Shown: positions 29,419 through 39,901, counted from the stretch's first letter. The stretch is DNA of 64,000 nt from an uncultured Chloroflexia bacterium (GCA_963825905.1 CAWGUL010000007.1:737564-801563), one strand, 5' to 3'. Numbers and translations are program-made. Notes: generated from the letters alone by a model not told the origin.

Positions 29419-31248
29419 CTACTCGACCGTGACCGACTTGGCGAGGTTGCGCGGCTGGTCGACGTCCGTGCCACGCGCCACCGCCACCTCGTAGGCGAGG
29501 AGCTGGAGCGGCAGGACGGCGATGACCGGCGAGATCGGCTCCGGCGTCTCGGGGACGTAGAGCACGTCCTGCGCGTAGCGCGTGATCTCCTCGTCGCCCG
29601 CCGTGGCGACGGCGATGACCGGCGCCGAGCGGGCGCGCGCCTCCGCCACGTTGCTCACCACCTTGTCGTACACCGCTCCGCTGGTGGCGATCGCGACGAG
29701 CGGCGTCTGCGGATCGAGCAGCGCGATCGGTCCGTGCTTGAGCTCGCCGGCGGCGTAGCCCTCGGCATGCACGTACGAGAGCTCCTTCAGCTTGAGCGCG
29801 CCCTCCATCGCGATCGGGAAGCCGACGCCGCGACCGATGAAGATGAAGTCGCGCACGCCCGCGTATCGAGTTGCGAGCTTCTTGACCTGCGGCGCGATCT
29901 TCAGCGTCTCGGCCGCGAGGCGTGGGAGGCCGCGGAGCGCCTGACCGAAGGTCCGCGCCCGGTGCTCGGTCATCGTGCCGCGCAGGCGCGAGAGATGGAG
30001 CGCGAGCAGCTGGAGCACGAGGACCTGGGTCACGAACGCCTTCGTGCTCGCGACCGCGATCTCGGGGCCAGCCTGCAGGTAGCAGACCGCGTCCGCCTCG
30101 CGCGTGATGGCGCTGCCGACGACGTTCGTGACCACCACCACGAGGGCGCCGCGCTCCTCGGCGAGCTTCAGCGGGGCAAGCGTGTCGGCGGTCTCGCCGG
30201 ACTGGCTGACGCCGATGACGAGCGTGCGCCGGTCGATGGGCGGCGGGCTGTACCGCATCTCCGAGCCGATCTGCATCGTCGCCGGCAGGCCGACCCAGTC
30301 CTGGAGCAGGTACGCGCCGACGTGCGCCGCGTAGCTGGCAGTGCCGCAGCCGACGACGTAGACGCGCTCGATCTCGCGCAGGCGGTCCGCGATCGCGTCG
30401 AGCTCGTCGAGGTGGACGTTGCCGAGCCCGTCGACGCGGCCGCGCAGGCACTCCTGGATCGCATGCGGCTGCTCGTAGATCTCCTTGAGCGTGAAATGCG
30501 CGAAGCCGCCCTTCTCGGCCGCCTCGATGTTCCAGTGGATCTCCGTCACTTCGCGCTCGATCGTCGCGCCGTCGAGGCCGAGGATCCGCGTCCCCTCGGG
30601 AGTCACGTCGGCGATGTCGCCCTCGTGGAGAATGACGACGTTCTTCGTGTGCTCGAGGATGGCCGGCACGTCGCTCGCCAGGAAGCCCTCGCCGTCGCCG
30701 AGGCCGACGATGAGCGGCACGTTCATCCGGGCCCCCACGATCCGGTTGGGGTGGTCGGTGTGCATGACGCCGATCGCGTACGCGCCACGCACCTCGTTCA
30801 GCGAGCAGCGCACGGCCTCCACGAGGTCGCCGCTGTAGTTGCTCTCAATGAGGTGCGCGAGCACCTCGGTATCGGTCTCGCTCGTGAACCGATGGCCGGC
30901 CGCCGCGAGGCGGGTCTTGATCTCGGCGTAGTTCTCGATGATCCCGTTGTGGATGAGCGCGAGTTTGCCGGTGCAGTCGGTGTGCGGGTGCGCGTTCGTG
31001 TCGTTCGGCCGACCATGGGTGGCCCAGCGCGTGTGCGCGATGCCGGGATGGCCGGCCGGCGCGTCGCCATTGAGGTGATCGGTCAGGTTCGTCAGCTTGC
31101 CGGCCTTCTTCTCGATGAAGACCTCGCCCGACTCGGTCAGCAGCGCGATGCCCGCCGAGTCGTAGCCGCGATATTCGAGGCGCCGCAGGCCCTCGAGCAG
31201 GATCGGCGCCGCGTCACGCGGGCCGACGTACCCCACGATGCCGCACAT
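29419..31248 (-). CDS. glmS: glutamine--fructose-6-phosphate aminotransferase
   Basis: MCGIVGYVG N-terminal nucleophile Cys, two SIS domains, 609 aa. Confidence 0.95.
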   Translation of the reverse strand: MCGIVGYVGPRDAAPILLEGLRRLEYRGYDSAGIALLTESGEVFIEKKAGKLTNLTDHLNGDAPAGHPGIAHTRWATHGRPNDTNAHPHTDCTGKLALIHNGIIENYAEIKTRLAAAGHRFTSETDTEVLAHLIESNYSGDLVEAVRCSLNEVRGAYAIGVMHTDHPNRIVGARMNVPLIVGLGDGEGFLASDVPAILEHTKNVVILHEGDIADVTPEGTRILGLDGATIEREVTEIHWNIEAAEKGGFAHFTLKEIYEQPHAIQECLRGRVDGLGNVHLDELDAIADRLREIERVYVVGCGTASYAAHVGAYLLQDWVGLPATMQIGSEMRYSPPPIDRRTLVIGVSQSGETADTLAPLKLAEERGALVVVVTNVVGSAITREADAVCYLQAGPEIAVASTKAFVTQVLVLQLLALHLSRLRGTMTEHRARTFGQALRGLPRLAAETLKIAPQVKKLATRYAGVRDFIFIGRGVGFPIAMEGALKLKELSYVHAEGYAAGELKHGPIALLDPQTPLVAIATSGAVYDKVVSNVAEARARSAPVIAVATAGDEEITRYAQDVLYVPETPEPISPVIAVLPLQLLAYEVAVARGTDVDQPRNLAKSVTVE

Positions 31249-31266
31249 GGCAGCCTCCCATCGGTG

Positions 31267-32595
31267 TCAGTTCAGGCGCGCCGTGGCGAGCTCGCCCAGC
31301 TCGCGCGCGATGGCGTGGATCTCCTCGGGGTCGTCTCCCTCGACCATGATCCGGATCTTCGGCTCGGTGCCGGACGGGCGGACGAGGATCCGTCCGCGAT
31401 CGGCGAGTCGCGCCGTGGCCTCGGCCACCGCGCTGCTGAATGCAGGATCGATCTGCCACTGGTCCTTGTGGCGAACGGCTGAGTTTAGCACCACCTGTGG
31501 CAGCCTCGGCACGCGGGCCGCCAGCTCGGAGAGCCGCCCGCCGCTCGCGTGGAGGACGCGGATGAGCTCGATCCCCGACAGGATGCCGTCGCCCGTCGTG
31601 GCCCGGTCGCGGAAGATGATGTGGCCGGACTGCTCGCCGCCGAGGACCGCGTCGTGGCGCTCCATCGCCTCGAACACGTGCCGATCCCCGACCGGGGTGC
31701 GGATCATCCGGCCGCCCGCGGCGGTAATGGCGCGCTCCAGGCCGCCGTTGCTCATCACCGTCGTCACCAGCACGTTGTTGCGGAGCGTGCCGGCCGCCAG
31801 GCGGGCGAGTGCACAGATGCCCATCACCGCGTCGCCGTCCACGAGCCCGCCCCGCTCGTCGACCGCGATGAGACGGTCCGCGTCGCCGTCGAAGGCGAGC
31901 CCGATGTCGCAGCCCGCCTCGCGGACCGCCGCCTGGAGGTGCTCCGGGTGGGTCGAGCCGCAGTCCAGGTTGATGTTCGAGCCGTCCGGCGCCGCCGACA
32001 GGACGGTCAGCTCCGCGCCGAGCGCCGCGAAGAGGTCCGGTGCGACTGCCGCCGCCGAGCCGTTCGCGCAGTCGATCGCGATCCGGAGGCCGGCAAGCGT
32101 GCGGCCGGCGGCATCGGTGAGGTGGGCGCGGTAGCCCGCCACCTCATCGGGGGACCGCCAGATGCGGCCGAGCGCGTCGTTGCGGCAGCCGGGCAGCGCC
32201 TCGGCCGCGAAGATGAGGCGCTCGAGCTGCTCCTCCGCCTCATCGTCGACCTTGCGGCCGCCGGAGAGCACCTTGAGCCCGTTGTCGGCGGCCGGGTTGT
32301 GGCTGGCGCTGACCATGACCCCCGCCACGTACGGGCCGCTCCCTGCCACGAAGGCGAGGCACGGCGTGGTGACGACGCCGAGCAGCACCGCGTCGGCGCC
32401 GAGGCTGGCGAGGCCTGCCGCCAGCGCGGCGACGAGCATGTCGCCGGATCGGCGCGTGTCCTGGCCGATGACCACGCTCCGCCCCCCGGCCTCGAGCTGG
32501 TAGGCAACGGCGCGGCCGAGGTCATAAGCGAGGGTCGGCGTGAGGTCGACGTTCGCCACGCCGCGGATCCCATCGGTGCCGAACAGGCGGCCCAC
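31267..32595 (-). CDS. glmM: phosphoglucosamine mutase
   Basis: LFGTDGIRG and SASHNP phosphoserine motifs, 442 aa. Confidence 0.95.
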   Translation of the reverse strand: MGRLFGTDGIRGVANVDLTPTLAYDLGRAVAYQLEAGGRSVVIGQDTRRSGDMLVAALAAGLASLGADAVLLGVVTTPCLAFVAGSGPYVAGVMVSASHNPAADNGLKVLSGGRKVDDEAEEQLERLIFAAEALPGCRNDALGRIWRSPDEVAGYRAHLTDAAGRTLAGLRIAIDCANGSAAAVAPDLFAALGAELTVLSAAPDGSNINLDCGSTHPEHLQAAVREAGCDIGLAFDGDADRLIAVDERGGLVDGDAVMGICALARLAAGTLRNNVLVTTVMSNGGLERAITAAGGRMIRTPVGDRHVFEAMERHDAVLGGEQSGHIIFRDRATTGDGILSGIELIRVLHASGGRLSELAARVPRLPQVVLNSAVRHKDQWQIDPAFSSAVAEATARLADRGRILVRPSGTEPKIRIMVEGDDPEEIHAIARELGELATARLN

Positions 32596-32609
32596 TCAGC
32601 GCGCGCCCG

Positions 32610-33842
32610 TCACGACGGCGACGGCGACGGGGTCGCGGGTGGCTGGATGACGACCGTCACGGCGGCCGGCGCAATGCCGACGACCGTGATGCCGTCCGGC
32701 AGGGCGGGCGGCGCGGCGTTCACCACGTGGCTCCCCGGCCCGAGCCCGGCGACGTCGAGCACGAGGGTGAGGTCCCCGGCCGTCAGCGCGTCGAGGGCCG
32801 CGGCGCTGCCGCTCAGGGTGAGGGCGAGCTGATCGGTCTGGGGCAGGCAGGCAGACCCGGCGCTGACGTTGGCGCACGCCGCCCCCAGGAGGAATGTCCG
32901 GCTTGCCGAGCTCGGTCGCAGCGTGACCCGCACCGACACGGTGTCGCTCTCGATCGGCCCGAGCGTGACGGCCGACGGCACGGTGAGCTTGGCCTCGAAC
33001 GTCGCCGTGGCGCGGATGCCCGCGATCGAGACCGGAGCGGTGGCGATCTCGGTGATCGGCGCCAGGTCGGCAGCGAGGCCGCGCAGCGTGACCGTCGGCG
33101 GGTCCACGGTGGCGGTCGCGACATCGAAGCCGGCAGCGGGCGCGCCGCTCATCGTGGGGCGCACCGGCACCACCTTCGTGGTCAGCGCCGGTCGGACGTT
33201 GATCTCCACCAGCACCGCGTCGGGGGTGAGCAGGATGCCCTGGCTCACGACTTCGCCGCGCACGTCGACCGCCTCGAGCACGACCTGGCCGCTCACCGCC
33301 ACGCCGCTCTGGTCGATGCGAACGAAGGCGCGAGCATGGTCGATCTGGTCGAGCACGCTTGCCGGCCCGCGGGCAGTGACGGTATCGGTGCTGACCTGCG
33401 GGTTGCCGACGATGAGGCCGGCCGGCGTGGTGCCGGTCTCGACCACCACCGGGATCTTCTTCTCCGCCACCCGATCGATCGTGACCGACACCGTGGTGGG
33501 CGAGAAGCCGAGCACGGTCACGTTCGTGTTGAGCGAGCGGACGGCGATCGGCAGGGCCTGGGGCTCGCCGCTGTGGCCCATGTCGTAGGCCGAGAGGTCG
33601 ACCGTCACGTCGAACGTCTCGGCCGTCACCGCCGCGGTGGTCGTGGCGCGGTAGCGGATGTCGACCGTCCCGAGCTGCTGCGGTGAGACGTACGTCGCGG
33701 CCGGCTGGCCGATGTCGCGGATCGGGATCCCCTCGAACACCTGCTCGGTGAAGGTCCCGGAATAGACGAACCCGGTGTAGAGGATCGTCGCCAACGCGAG
33801 CGCGGCGAGCTTGAGGTGCCAGTTGCGCAGCAGGCGGCTCAT
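32610..33842 (-). CDS. cdaR: CdaR (YbbR-domain regulator of diadenylate cyclase)
   Basis: N-terminal signal anchor and repeated YbbR-like beta-rich domains (Thr/Val-rich). Located directly downstream of cdaA with a 1-nt overlap. Confidence 0.8.
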   Translation of the reverse strand: MSRLLRNWHLKLAALALATILYTGFVYSGTFTEQVFEGIPIRDIGQPAATYVSPQQLGTVDIRYRATTTAAVTAETFDVTVDLSAYDMGHSGEPQALPIAVRSLNTNVTVLGFSPTTVSVTIDRVAEKKIPVVVETGTTPAGLIVGNPQVSTDTVTARGPASVLDQIDHARAFVRIDQSGVAVSGQVVLEAVDVRGEVVSQGILLTPDAVLVEINVRPALTTKVVPVRPTMSGAPAAGFDVATATVDPPTVTLRGLAADLAPITEIATAPVSIAGIRATATFEAKLTVPSAVTLGPIESDTVSVRVTLRPSSASRTFLLGAACANVSAGSACLPQTDQLALTLSGSAAALDALTAGDLTLVLDVAGLGPGSHVVNAAPPALPDGITVVGIAPAAVTVVIQPPATPSPSPS

Positions 33843-34834
33843 CAGTGCCGCCGATCGGCGGTCGCGGGCAGCACCGGCTCGACGATCGTCGCCTCGGCGC
33901 GGGTCCGGTCGTCCTCGAGCGCGGTGTCACGGCTCGAGGGCAGGACGCGATCCGGCTCTGGCGGAGCGGGAAGCGGCTCCTCGCGACCGATCCCCCAGCG
34001 ACCCTCGAGCGTGCGGCGCAGGAACGGCACCGGCCGCCGGACGGCCTGGGGGCGGATGAGGTTGAAGATCCGACGCCGGAGGTGCTCCTCGGACAGGTTC
34101 CGCTCGATCCGACCGCGCAGGACCAGGCTGATCGAGCCGGTCTCCTCGCTGACGACGATGATGATCGCGTCTGTCTGCTCGCTGATGCCGATGGCGGCGC
34201 GATGGCGCGTGCCGTAGCGCTCGCTGTCGAGCACGTTCTGGCTCAGCGGCAGGAGAACGCCGGCGGCGACGATCCGCTCGCCGGAGATCACGACCGCCCC
34301 GTCGTGGAGCGCCGTGCCGCGGTAGAAGATCGTGACCAGCAGCTCGGCGCGCAGGTCGGCGTGGAGCGGGACGCCGGAGTCGGCGACGAGGTCACCGAGC
34401 CCGGTCTCGCGCTCGATCGCGATGAGCGCGCCGTGCCGTGAGCCGGCGAGGAGCCGGGCGGCGCGGCTGATCTCGCTCGCGACCCGCTCGGCGCTCGCCA
34501 CGTCATGCGAGACGAAGAAGCGGTTGACGGATCCGACCCGTCCGATCTGCTCCAGCACGCGCCGCAGCTCCGGCTGGAAGACGACGACGATCGCAAACAG
34601 GCCGACGACCGCGCCCGCCTCGAGCAGGCGGGTGAGGAGCAGGAGGCCGAACAGGCGGGCGGCAAGGTAGACGAGGTAGAGGATCGACAGGCCGATGACG
34701 ATCCGCACCGCGCGCGTGCCGCGGATGAGGATGAAGAGCCAGTAGACGACGACCGCCACCAGCAGGATGTCGACGAGCGACGTCCAGCTGCCCCGCAGGT
34801 AGGTCTGGAAGAATTCGGAGAAGGCGTCCAGCAC
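33842..34834 (-). CDS. cdaA: membrane-anchored diadenylate cyclase CdaA (DisA_N / DAC domain)
   Basis: Three N-terminal TM helices; DAC-domain motifs (HDGAVVI and RHRAAIGISEQTDAIIIVVSEETG). GTG start at 34834. Confidence 0.9.
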   Translation of the reverse strand: MLDAFSEFFQTYLRGSWTSLVDILLVAVVVYWLFILIRGTRAVRIVIGLSILYLVYLAARLFGLLLLTRLLEAGAVVGLFAIVVVFQPELRRVLEQIGRVGSVNRFFVSHDVASAERVASEISRAARLLAGSRHGALIAIERETGLGDLVADSGVPLHADLRAELLVTIFYRGTALHDGAVVISGERIVAAGVLLPLSQNVLDSERYGTRHRAAIGISEQTDAIIIVVSEETGSISLVLRGRIERNLSEEHLRRRIFNLIRPQAVRRPVPFLRRTLEGRWGIGREEPLPAPPEPDRVLPSSRDTALEDDRTRAEATIVEPVLPATADRRH

Positions 34835-34884
34835 GAGGTTCGGTGGCGTCCCCGGGAGCGGCGATCGTGCGGCCGATGATATCA

Positions 34885-34914
34885 GAGGGCCCCGGCGATC
34901 CCGCCGGGGCCCTC
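34885..34914 (-). terminator. GC-rich perfect hairpin (13-bp stem) between rpsI and cdaA; candidate intrinsic terminator/attenuator
   Basis: GAGGGCCCCGGCG-atcc-CGCCGGGGCCCTC lies immediately 3' of the rpsI stop on the minus strand; no U-tract follows. Confidence 0.4.
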
Positions 34915-34937
34915 CGAGTGTCGCGAATCGGCGCCGA

Positions 34938-35330
34938 CTAGCGCTTCGTGTACTGCGGCGCCTTGCGGGCGCGCTTCAGGCCGTACTTCTTCCGCTCCTT
35001 GGCCCGCGGGTCGCGGGTGAGGAGGCCGGCTTCGCGCAGCGCGGGTCGGGCGTCGGGATGCGCGCTCACCAGCGCGCGAGCGATGCCGTGGCGCACCGCG
35101 CCGACCTGGCCGGAGACGCCGCCGCCGGCGACGAGGACGCTGGCGCTGTAGCGACCCTCGGTCTCGGTGACGCGGAAGGGAAGCCGGAGCCCGGCGAGGG
35201 CCGGCGTACGTCCGAAGTAGTCGTCTGCCGGCTTGCCGTTCACCACGATGCTCCCGTCACCGGGAACGAGCCGCACGCGGGCGATCGAGGTCTTGCGGCG
35301 GCCGGTGCCGTAGATGTAGTTCGTGCTCAT
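34938..35330 (-). CDS. rpsI: 30S ribosomal protein S9
   Basis: 130 aa from ATG 35330 (MSTNYIYGTGRRKTSIARV...KYGLKRARKAPQYTKR). The rest of ORF 34938..35825 is artefact. Confidence 0.95.
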   Translation of the reverse strand: MSTNYIYGTGRRKTSIARVRLVPGDGSIVVNGKPADDYFGRTPALAGLRLPFRVTETEGRYSASVLVAGGGVSGQVGAVRHGIARALVSAHPDARPALREAGLLTRDPRAKERKKYGLKRARKAPQYTKR

Positions 35331-35332
35331 GG

Positions 35333-35761
35333 CTAAAGCTCCACCGCGGTCGGCTGCTGTGCTGCGTGCGGATGCTCCCCGCCGCTGTAGACCTTCAGCT
35401 TGCGGAACATCGCGCGTCCGAGGCGGTTCTGGGGGAGCATCCCCTTCACCGCCCGCTCGATGACCAGCTCCGGCTTGCGCTCGAGGAGCGCCGCCAGGCT
35501 CTCCTCCTTGAGTCCGCCGGGGTAGTTGCTGTGCCGGTAGTAGCGCTTCTGGATCAGCTTGTTGCCGGTCACCCGCACGCGCGCCGCGTTCACCACGACG
35601 ACGTGGTCGCCGGTGTCGAGGTGCGGCGAGTAGATCGGCTTGTGCTTGCCCTCGAGGAGCGTCGCGATGCGGGTCGCCAGCCGGCCGAGCGTCTGGTCGC
35701 TCGCGTCGACCAGCCACCAGCTGCGTTCGATCTCGCTCGCCTTGACTGCGTACGTCTTCAC
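35333..35761 (-). CDS. rplM: 50S ribosomal protein L13
   Basis: 142 aa, canonical L13. Confidence 0.95.
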   Translation of the reverse strand: MKTYAVKASEIERSWWLVDASDQTLGRLATRIATLLEGKHKPIYSPHLDTGDHVVVVNAARVRVTGNKLIQKRYYRHSNYPGGLKEESLAALLERKPELVIERAVKGMLPQNRLGRAMFRKLKVYSGGEHPHAAQQPTAVEL

Positions 35762-36594
35762 GGTTTCGTCGTTCTCCGGTCTGAGTTCCTGGTTCCGGCT
35801 CCGGCACCACCGGCACCAGCAGCATTGCTCTTCGATTCGTAGACCACCCGCTCGAGCGTCAGCCCGCGCGCCGGTGCCGCGCGCCCGTGGAGGGCACGCT
35901 CGCCGGCGGCGAGCAGCTCATCGACCGCCTCCGGTGCGATGCCGCCACGGCCGACCTCCAGGAGGACGGCGACGAGGCTGCGGACCATCCGCCGCAGGAA
36001 GGCGTTCGCCGTCACCGTGACCTCCACGAGGTCTCCGCGACGCCGGATCGTCACCTCCGACAGGTTGCGCACCGTTCGGCCCCGTGCGTGGCTCCCCAGC
36101 GCCGCGAAGTCACGGCGACCGGGAAGGCGCGCCGCCGCCGCCTGCATGGCGGCGACGTCGAGCCGTTCGTCGATCTCGAGCGTCCGATGCCGATCGAGCG
36201 GCGCCCGCGCGCCGCCCTGGCGGACCCGGTAGCGATACACCCGCCACGTTGCGTCGCGACGCGGGTCGAAGCCCACGGGCGCGGCGCGCAGCGAGCGCAC
36301 GACGAGGTCCGCCGGGAGCGCGGCGTTCAGCCGCCGTCGCAGCTCCGGCCATGCGACCGTCTCCGACCCGTCGCGATGCGGCAGGCAGAAGCCGATCACC
36401 TGGCCGGTGGCGTGCACCCCGGCATCGGTTCGCCCGGCGAAGCGGATTCGCACCCGCTCGCCGGTCAGTCTGTTAAGGGCCTCCTCGAGCACTCCCTGGA
36501 CCGTCCGACCGATCGGCTGGACCTGGGAGCCGGCGAAGGCCGTCCCGTCATACGCGATGACTGCCCGTGCACACCGTTGCGCGGCGGGCGGCAT
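35758..36594 (-). CDS. truA: tRNA pseudouridine(38-40) synthase TruA
   Basis: [13 protein letters not shown]...GRTDAGVHA catalytic Asp motif, 278 aa. Confidence 0.9.
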   Translation of the reverse strand: MPPAAQRCARAVIAYDGTAFAGSQVQPIGRTVQGVLEEALNRLTGERVRIRFAGRTDAGVHATGQVIGFCLPHRDGSETVAWPELRRRLNAALPADLVVRSLRAAPVGFDPRRDATWRVYRYRVRQGGARAPLDRHRTLEIDERLDVAAMQAAAARLPGRRDFAALGSHARGRTVRNLSEVTIRRRGDLVEVTVTANAFLRRMVRSLVAVLLEVGRGGIAPEAVDELLAAGERALHGRAAPARGLTLERVVYESKSNAAGAGGAGAGTRNSDRRTTKP

Positions 36595-36619
36595 CGGTCT
36601 GTTGAATGATCGCGCCCGG

Positions 36620-36973
36620 TCAGACGAGCTCGATCTGAACGATCGGAGCCGCGTCGCCGAGCCGCTGGCCGATCTTGATGATGCGCGTGTAGCCGGACGA
36701 GCGATCCGCGTACTTCGTCGCGATCTCGCCCATCAGCTTCTCGACGATGAGCGGCTCGTGCGGCATCTGCGCCGCGAGCGCGCGCCGTGCCGACAGGTTT
36801 CCCTGCTTGGCGGTCGTGATCATGCCGTCCACCAGGCCGCGGACCTCCTTGGCCTTCGCCTCGGTCGTCTTCACCTTCTCGTAGCGCAGGATGGCGACGG
36901 CCAGGTTCGAGAGCATGTGCGCCCGGTGGTCGCCCTTGCGACCGAGCCGGCGGCCGACGGTTCGGTGCGGCAT
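36620..36973 (-). CDS. rplQ: 50S ribosomal protein L17
   Basis: 117 aa canonical L17. Confidence 0.95.
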   Translation of the reverse strand: MPHRTVGRRLGRKGDHRAHMLSNLAVAILRYEKVKTTEAKAKEVRGLVDGMITTAKQGNLSARRALAAQMPHEPLIVEKLMGEIATKYADRSSGYTRIIKIGQRLGDAAPIVQIELV

Positions 36974-36976
36974 CGG

Positions 36977-38041
36977 CTAGGCCTCGCGGTCCAGCTCGGC
37001 GGCGGCCGCCTCGTCGAGCTCGGCCGAGGCCGGCAGATCGGACTCATCCGACGCCCCGTCCGAGGCCGAGTCCGGGACCCGGAAGCCGCGGAGCTCGAGG
37101 CGCTCCTTCAGCTCGTCGAGACTCTTCTTGCCGAAGTTCCGCATGCGGAGGAACTCATCATCGCTCAGGGCCAGGATCTGGCCGACGCGGGTGATGTTGT
37201 TCCGCTTCAGGCTGTTGTAGGCGCGCATCGGGAGGTCGAGCTCCTCGATCGGCGCGTCGAGCAGGTTCGCCGAGGCCGGCGCGAGGCCGGTCTCCTCGCC
37301 CGCGGCGCGCGGCGCGCGACCGATCTCGGCGAAGCGGGTCAGCTCGTTGACGAGGATCTGCGCCGCCTGCGCGACCGCCGCCTGCGGCGTCGTGGTGCCG
37401 TCCGTCTCGACCTCGAGGGTGAGGCGGTCGAAGTTCGTCATCTGGCCGACGCGGGTGTCGCTGACGGTGAAGTTCACGCGCCGCACCGGGGAGAAGATCG
37501 CGTCGACCGGGATGACGCCGATCGGCATCTCCTCGGTGTGCTCGGCGGGCCGATAGCCGACGCCGGTCTCGACGGTGAGGTCCATCTCGATGGCGCCGTC
37601 GTCGGAGTCGAGGGTGAGCAGGACGAGGTCCGGGTTCACGATCTCGATGTCCGCCGACTCGGCGATGTCGGCCGCCGTGACCGGGCCGGCGCCGCGCTTC
37701 ATGAGCTTCAGCGTGACCGCGTGACGCGCGAACGAGCGAAGGCGGAGCTTCTTCACGTTCAGGACGATCTGGGTCACGTCTTCCTTGACGTTGTCGATCG
37801 TGCTGAACTCGTGGAAGACGCCGGCGACCTGGATGCCGGTCACGGCCGCGCCCTCGAGCGAGCTGAGCAGGACGCGGCGCAGCGCGTTGCCGAGCGTGAC
37901 GCCGTAGCCGTCCTGGAGCGGCTGCACCTCGAACGTGCTGCGGTTGCCATCGGTCTCGATCTCGTCGATGCGAGGGCTCGGGATCGGCAGCGGGGTGGTG
38001 GTTGGGGTGGTTTCGAGATCAATCATCAGCGATTCGTTCAT
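36977..38041 (-). CDS. rpoA: DNA-directed RNA polymerase subunit alpha
   Basis: 354 aa, N-terminal dimerization and C-terminal alpha-CTD with an acidic tail. Confidence 0.95.
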   Translation of the reverse strand: MNESLMIDLETTPTTTPLPIPSPRIDEIETDGNRSTFEVQPLQDGYGVTLGNALRRVLLSSLEGAAVTGIQVAGVFHEFSTIDNVKEDVTQIVLNVKKLRLRSFARHAVTLKLMKRGAGPVTAADIAESADIEIVNPDLVLLTLDSDDGAIEMDLTVETGVGYRPAEHTEEMPIGVIPVDAIFSPVRRVNFTVSDTRVGQMTNFDRLTLEVETDGTTTPQAAVAQAAQILVNELTRFAEIGRAPRAAGEETGLAPASANLLDAPIEELDLPMRAYNSLKRNNITRVGQILALSDDEFLRMRNFGKKSLDELKERLELRGFRVPDSASDGASDESDLPASAELDEAAAAELDREA

Positions 38042-38051
38042 TTCCTCTGGG

Positions 38052-38678
38052 CTAGCGCGAGTAGTACTCGACGACGAGCTGCTCGTTGAACTCGAGCGGC
38101 ATCTGCTCGCGCGCCGGCTCGGCGAGGATCGTGCCCGACAGCTTCGTCGGATCCGAGCTCACCCAATCGGGGATCTGGGCGGACTTCATCGTTTCGGTGG
38201 TCGTCTTGAACAGCTCACGCGCGCGCCGGCTCTCGCGAACTTCGATCCGATCGCCCACGTGCGTCCCGAAGCTCGGGACGTTCGTCGGGCGGCCGTTCAC
38301 CGCAAAGTGGCCGTGGCTGACGAGCTGGCGCGCCTGGGCGCGGCTCGTGGCGAGGCCCATGCGGTAGACGACGTTGTCGAGGCGCATCTCCAGCATGCGG
38401 AGCAGGTTCTCGCCGGTCATCCCCTTGCGCTTCTCCGCCTTCTCGAAGTAGTTCTGGAACTGCTTCTCGAGGACCGAGTAGCTCTTGCGGACCTTCTGCT
38501 TCTCTCGCAGCTGGAGTCCGTACTCGCTGACCTTGCGGCGGCGCTGGGCGTACATGCCGGGCGGTGTCGCGCGGCGCTCGAAGGCGCACTTCTTCGTGTA
38601 GCAGCGGCTGCCCTTCAGGAAGAGCTTGAGCCCCTCGCGACGGCAGATGCGGCAGACGGCGTCGGTGTAGCGTGCCAT
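38052..38678 (-). CDS. rpsD: 30S ribosomal protein S4
   Basis: 208 aa, CRICRREG zinc-type N-terminus and S4 domain. Confidence 0.95.
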   Translation of the reverse strand: MARYTDAVCRICRREGLKLFLKGSRCYTKKCAFERRATPPGMYAQRRRKVSEYGLQLREKQKVRKSYSVLEKQFQNYFEKAEKRKGMTGENLLRMLEMRLDNVVYRMGLATSRAQARQLVSHGHFAVNGRPTNVPSFGTHVGDRIEVRESRRARELFKTTTETMKSAQIPDWVSSDPTKLSGTILAEPAREQMPLEFNEQLVVEYYSR

Positions 38679-38688
38679 GTCGTCCTCC

Positions 38689-39087
38689 CTAGACCCGACG
38701 CCGCTTGGGCGGGCGGCAGCCGTTGTGCGGGATGGGAGTGACGTCGGTGATCGCGGTCACCTCGAGGCCGGCGGTCTGGAGCGAGCGAATGGCCTGCTCC
38801 CGGCCCGCGCCCGGACCCTTCACGTAGACCTCGATCTGGCGCATGCCGTTGTCCATCGCCTTGCGCGCGGCGAGCTCCGCCGTCTGCGCGGCGGCGTACG
38901 GCGTGCTCTTGCGGGAGCCCTTGAAGCCGACCAGGCCGGCGCTGCCCCAGCTGATGACGTTGCCGCTCGTGTCGGTGATCGTCACGATCGTGTTGTTGAA
39001 CGTCGACTGGATGTGCGCGTGCCCGACCGGCACGTTCTTCCGCTCACGCTTCTTCCCGCGCTGTGCTGCGCGCTTTCGTTCAGCCAT
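38689..39087 (-). CDS. rpsK: 30S ribosomal protein S11
   Basis: 132 aa canonical S11. Confidence 0.95.
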   Translation of the reverse strand: MAERKRAAQRGKKRERKNVPVGHAHIQSTFNNTIVTITDTSGNVISWGSAGLVGFKGSRKSTPYAAAQTAELAARKAMDNGMRQIEVYVKGPGAGREQAIRSLQTAGLEVTAITDVTPIPHNGCRPPKRRRV

Positions 39088-39138
39088 GGAACTCCTGTGT
39101 CGCCGACCCGCGATGGGGTCGGAGGATGATTGCGGTGC

Positions 39139-39510
39139 TTACTTCTTGCGTCGGATGCCAACCGTGCGACGCGCGCCGCGGCGCTGCCGCGCGTTCGTCT
39201 TCGTCCGCTGGCCGCGGACCGGCAGGTTGCGGCGGTGACGAAGGCCCCGATAGGAGCCGATCTCCATCAGCCGCTTGATGTTCAGGCTGACCTCGCGACG
39301 GAGGTCGCCCTCCACCTTGAAGCCCTTGTCGATCACCTCGCGGAGGCGGTTGACCTCCTCCTCCGAGAGATCGCGGACGCGCGTGTCCGGCGAGACGCCG
39401 GTCGCGGTCAGGACCTTGCGGGCCGAGGTTGGCCCGATGCCGTGGATGTAGGTGAGAGCGATCTCCACGCGCTTCTCGCGCGGGATGTCGACGCCAGCGA
39501 TACGTGCCAC
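39139..39510 (-). CDS. rpsM: 30S ribosomal protein S13
   Basis: 123 aa, GTG start, canonical S13. Confidence 0.95.
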   Translation of the reverse strand: MARIAGVDIPREKRVEIALTYIHGIGPTSARKVLTATGVSPDTRVRDLSEEEVNRLREVIDKGFKVEGDLRREVSLNIKRLMEIGSYRGLRHRRNLPVRGQRTKTNARQRRGARRTVGIRRKK

Positions 39511-39517
39511 GAAGTCG

Positions 39518-39631
39518 TTACCCCTGACGCTGCTTGTGCTTGGGAATGACGCAGATGACCATCACCACGCCGGAGCGCTTGATCACCTTGCAGCGCTCGC
39601 AACGGGGCTTCACGGATGCGGAAACCTTCAT
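39518..39631 (-). CDS. rpmJ: 50S ribosomal protein L36 (Zn-ribbon type)
   Basis: Not in the ORF track (37 aa). Translated by hand as [37 protein letters not shown]; ATG 39631 overlaps the infA stop (ATGA). Confidence 0.9.
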   Translation of the reverse strand: MKVSASVKPRCERCKVIKRSGVVMVICVIPKHKQRQG

Positions 39632-39846
39632 CTCATCCTGTACGTGATCCGACCCCGGGTGAGGTCATAGGGACTCAGCTCGACGCGGACCGTGTCGCCG
39701 GGCAGGATGCGGATGAAGTTCTGGCGCAGCTTCCCCGAGATGTGGGCGAGCACTTCGTGCCCGTTCTCGAGCCGCACCCGGAACATCGCGTTCGGAAGGG
39801 GCAGGATCACCTCGCCCTCGACCTCGATCGCATCCTTCTTTGCCAA
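39628..39846 (-). CDS. infA: translation initiation factor IF-1
   Basis: 72 aa canonical IF-1 with a TTG start. Confidence 0.95.
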   Translation of the reverse strand: MAKKDAIEVEGEVILPLPNAMFRVRLENGHEVLAHISGKLRQNFIRILPGDTVRVELSPYDLTRGRITYRMR

Positions 39847-39901
39847 GCGTCAGCGGACCTCGTTCAAGCCATCAAAGCTCGTACTCGAATTGGGGGGAAC
39901 A

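Noticed and set aside
29023-30451. 475-codon upstream extension of the nnr ORF overlapping acpS and glmS in another frame
   Set aside because: Out-of-frame overlap with two conserved genes, Arg-rich, no YjeF-N motifs.
31249-31266. glmS ribozyme upstream of glmS
   Set aside because: Only 18 nt separate glmM and glmS, which is no room for a ribozyme; this is consistent with a non-Firmicutes regulatory mode.
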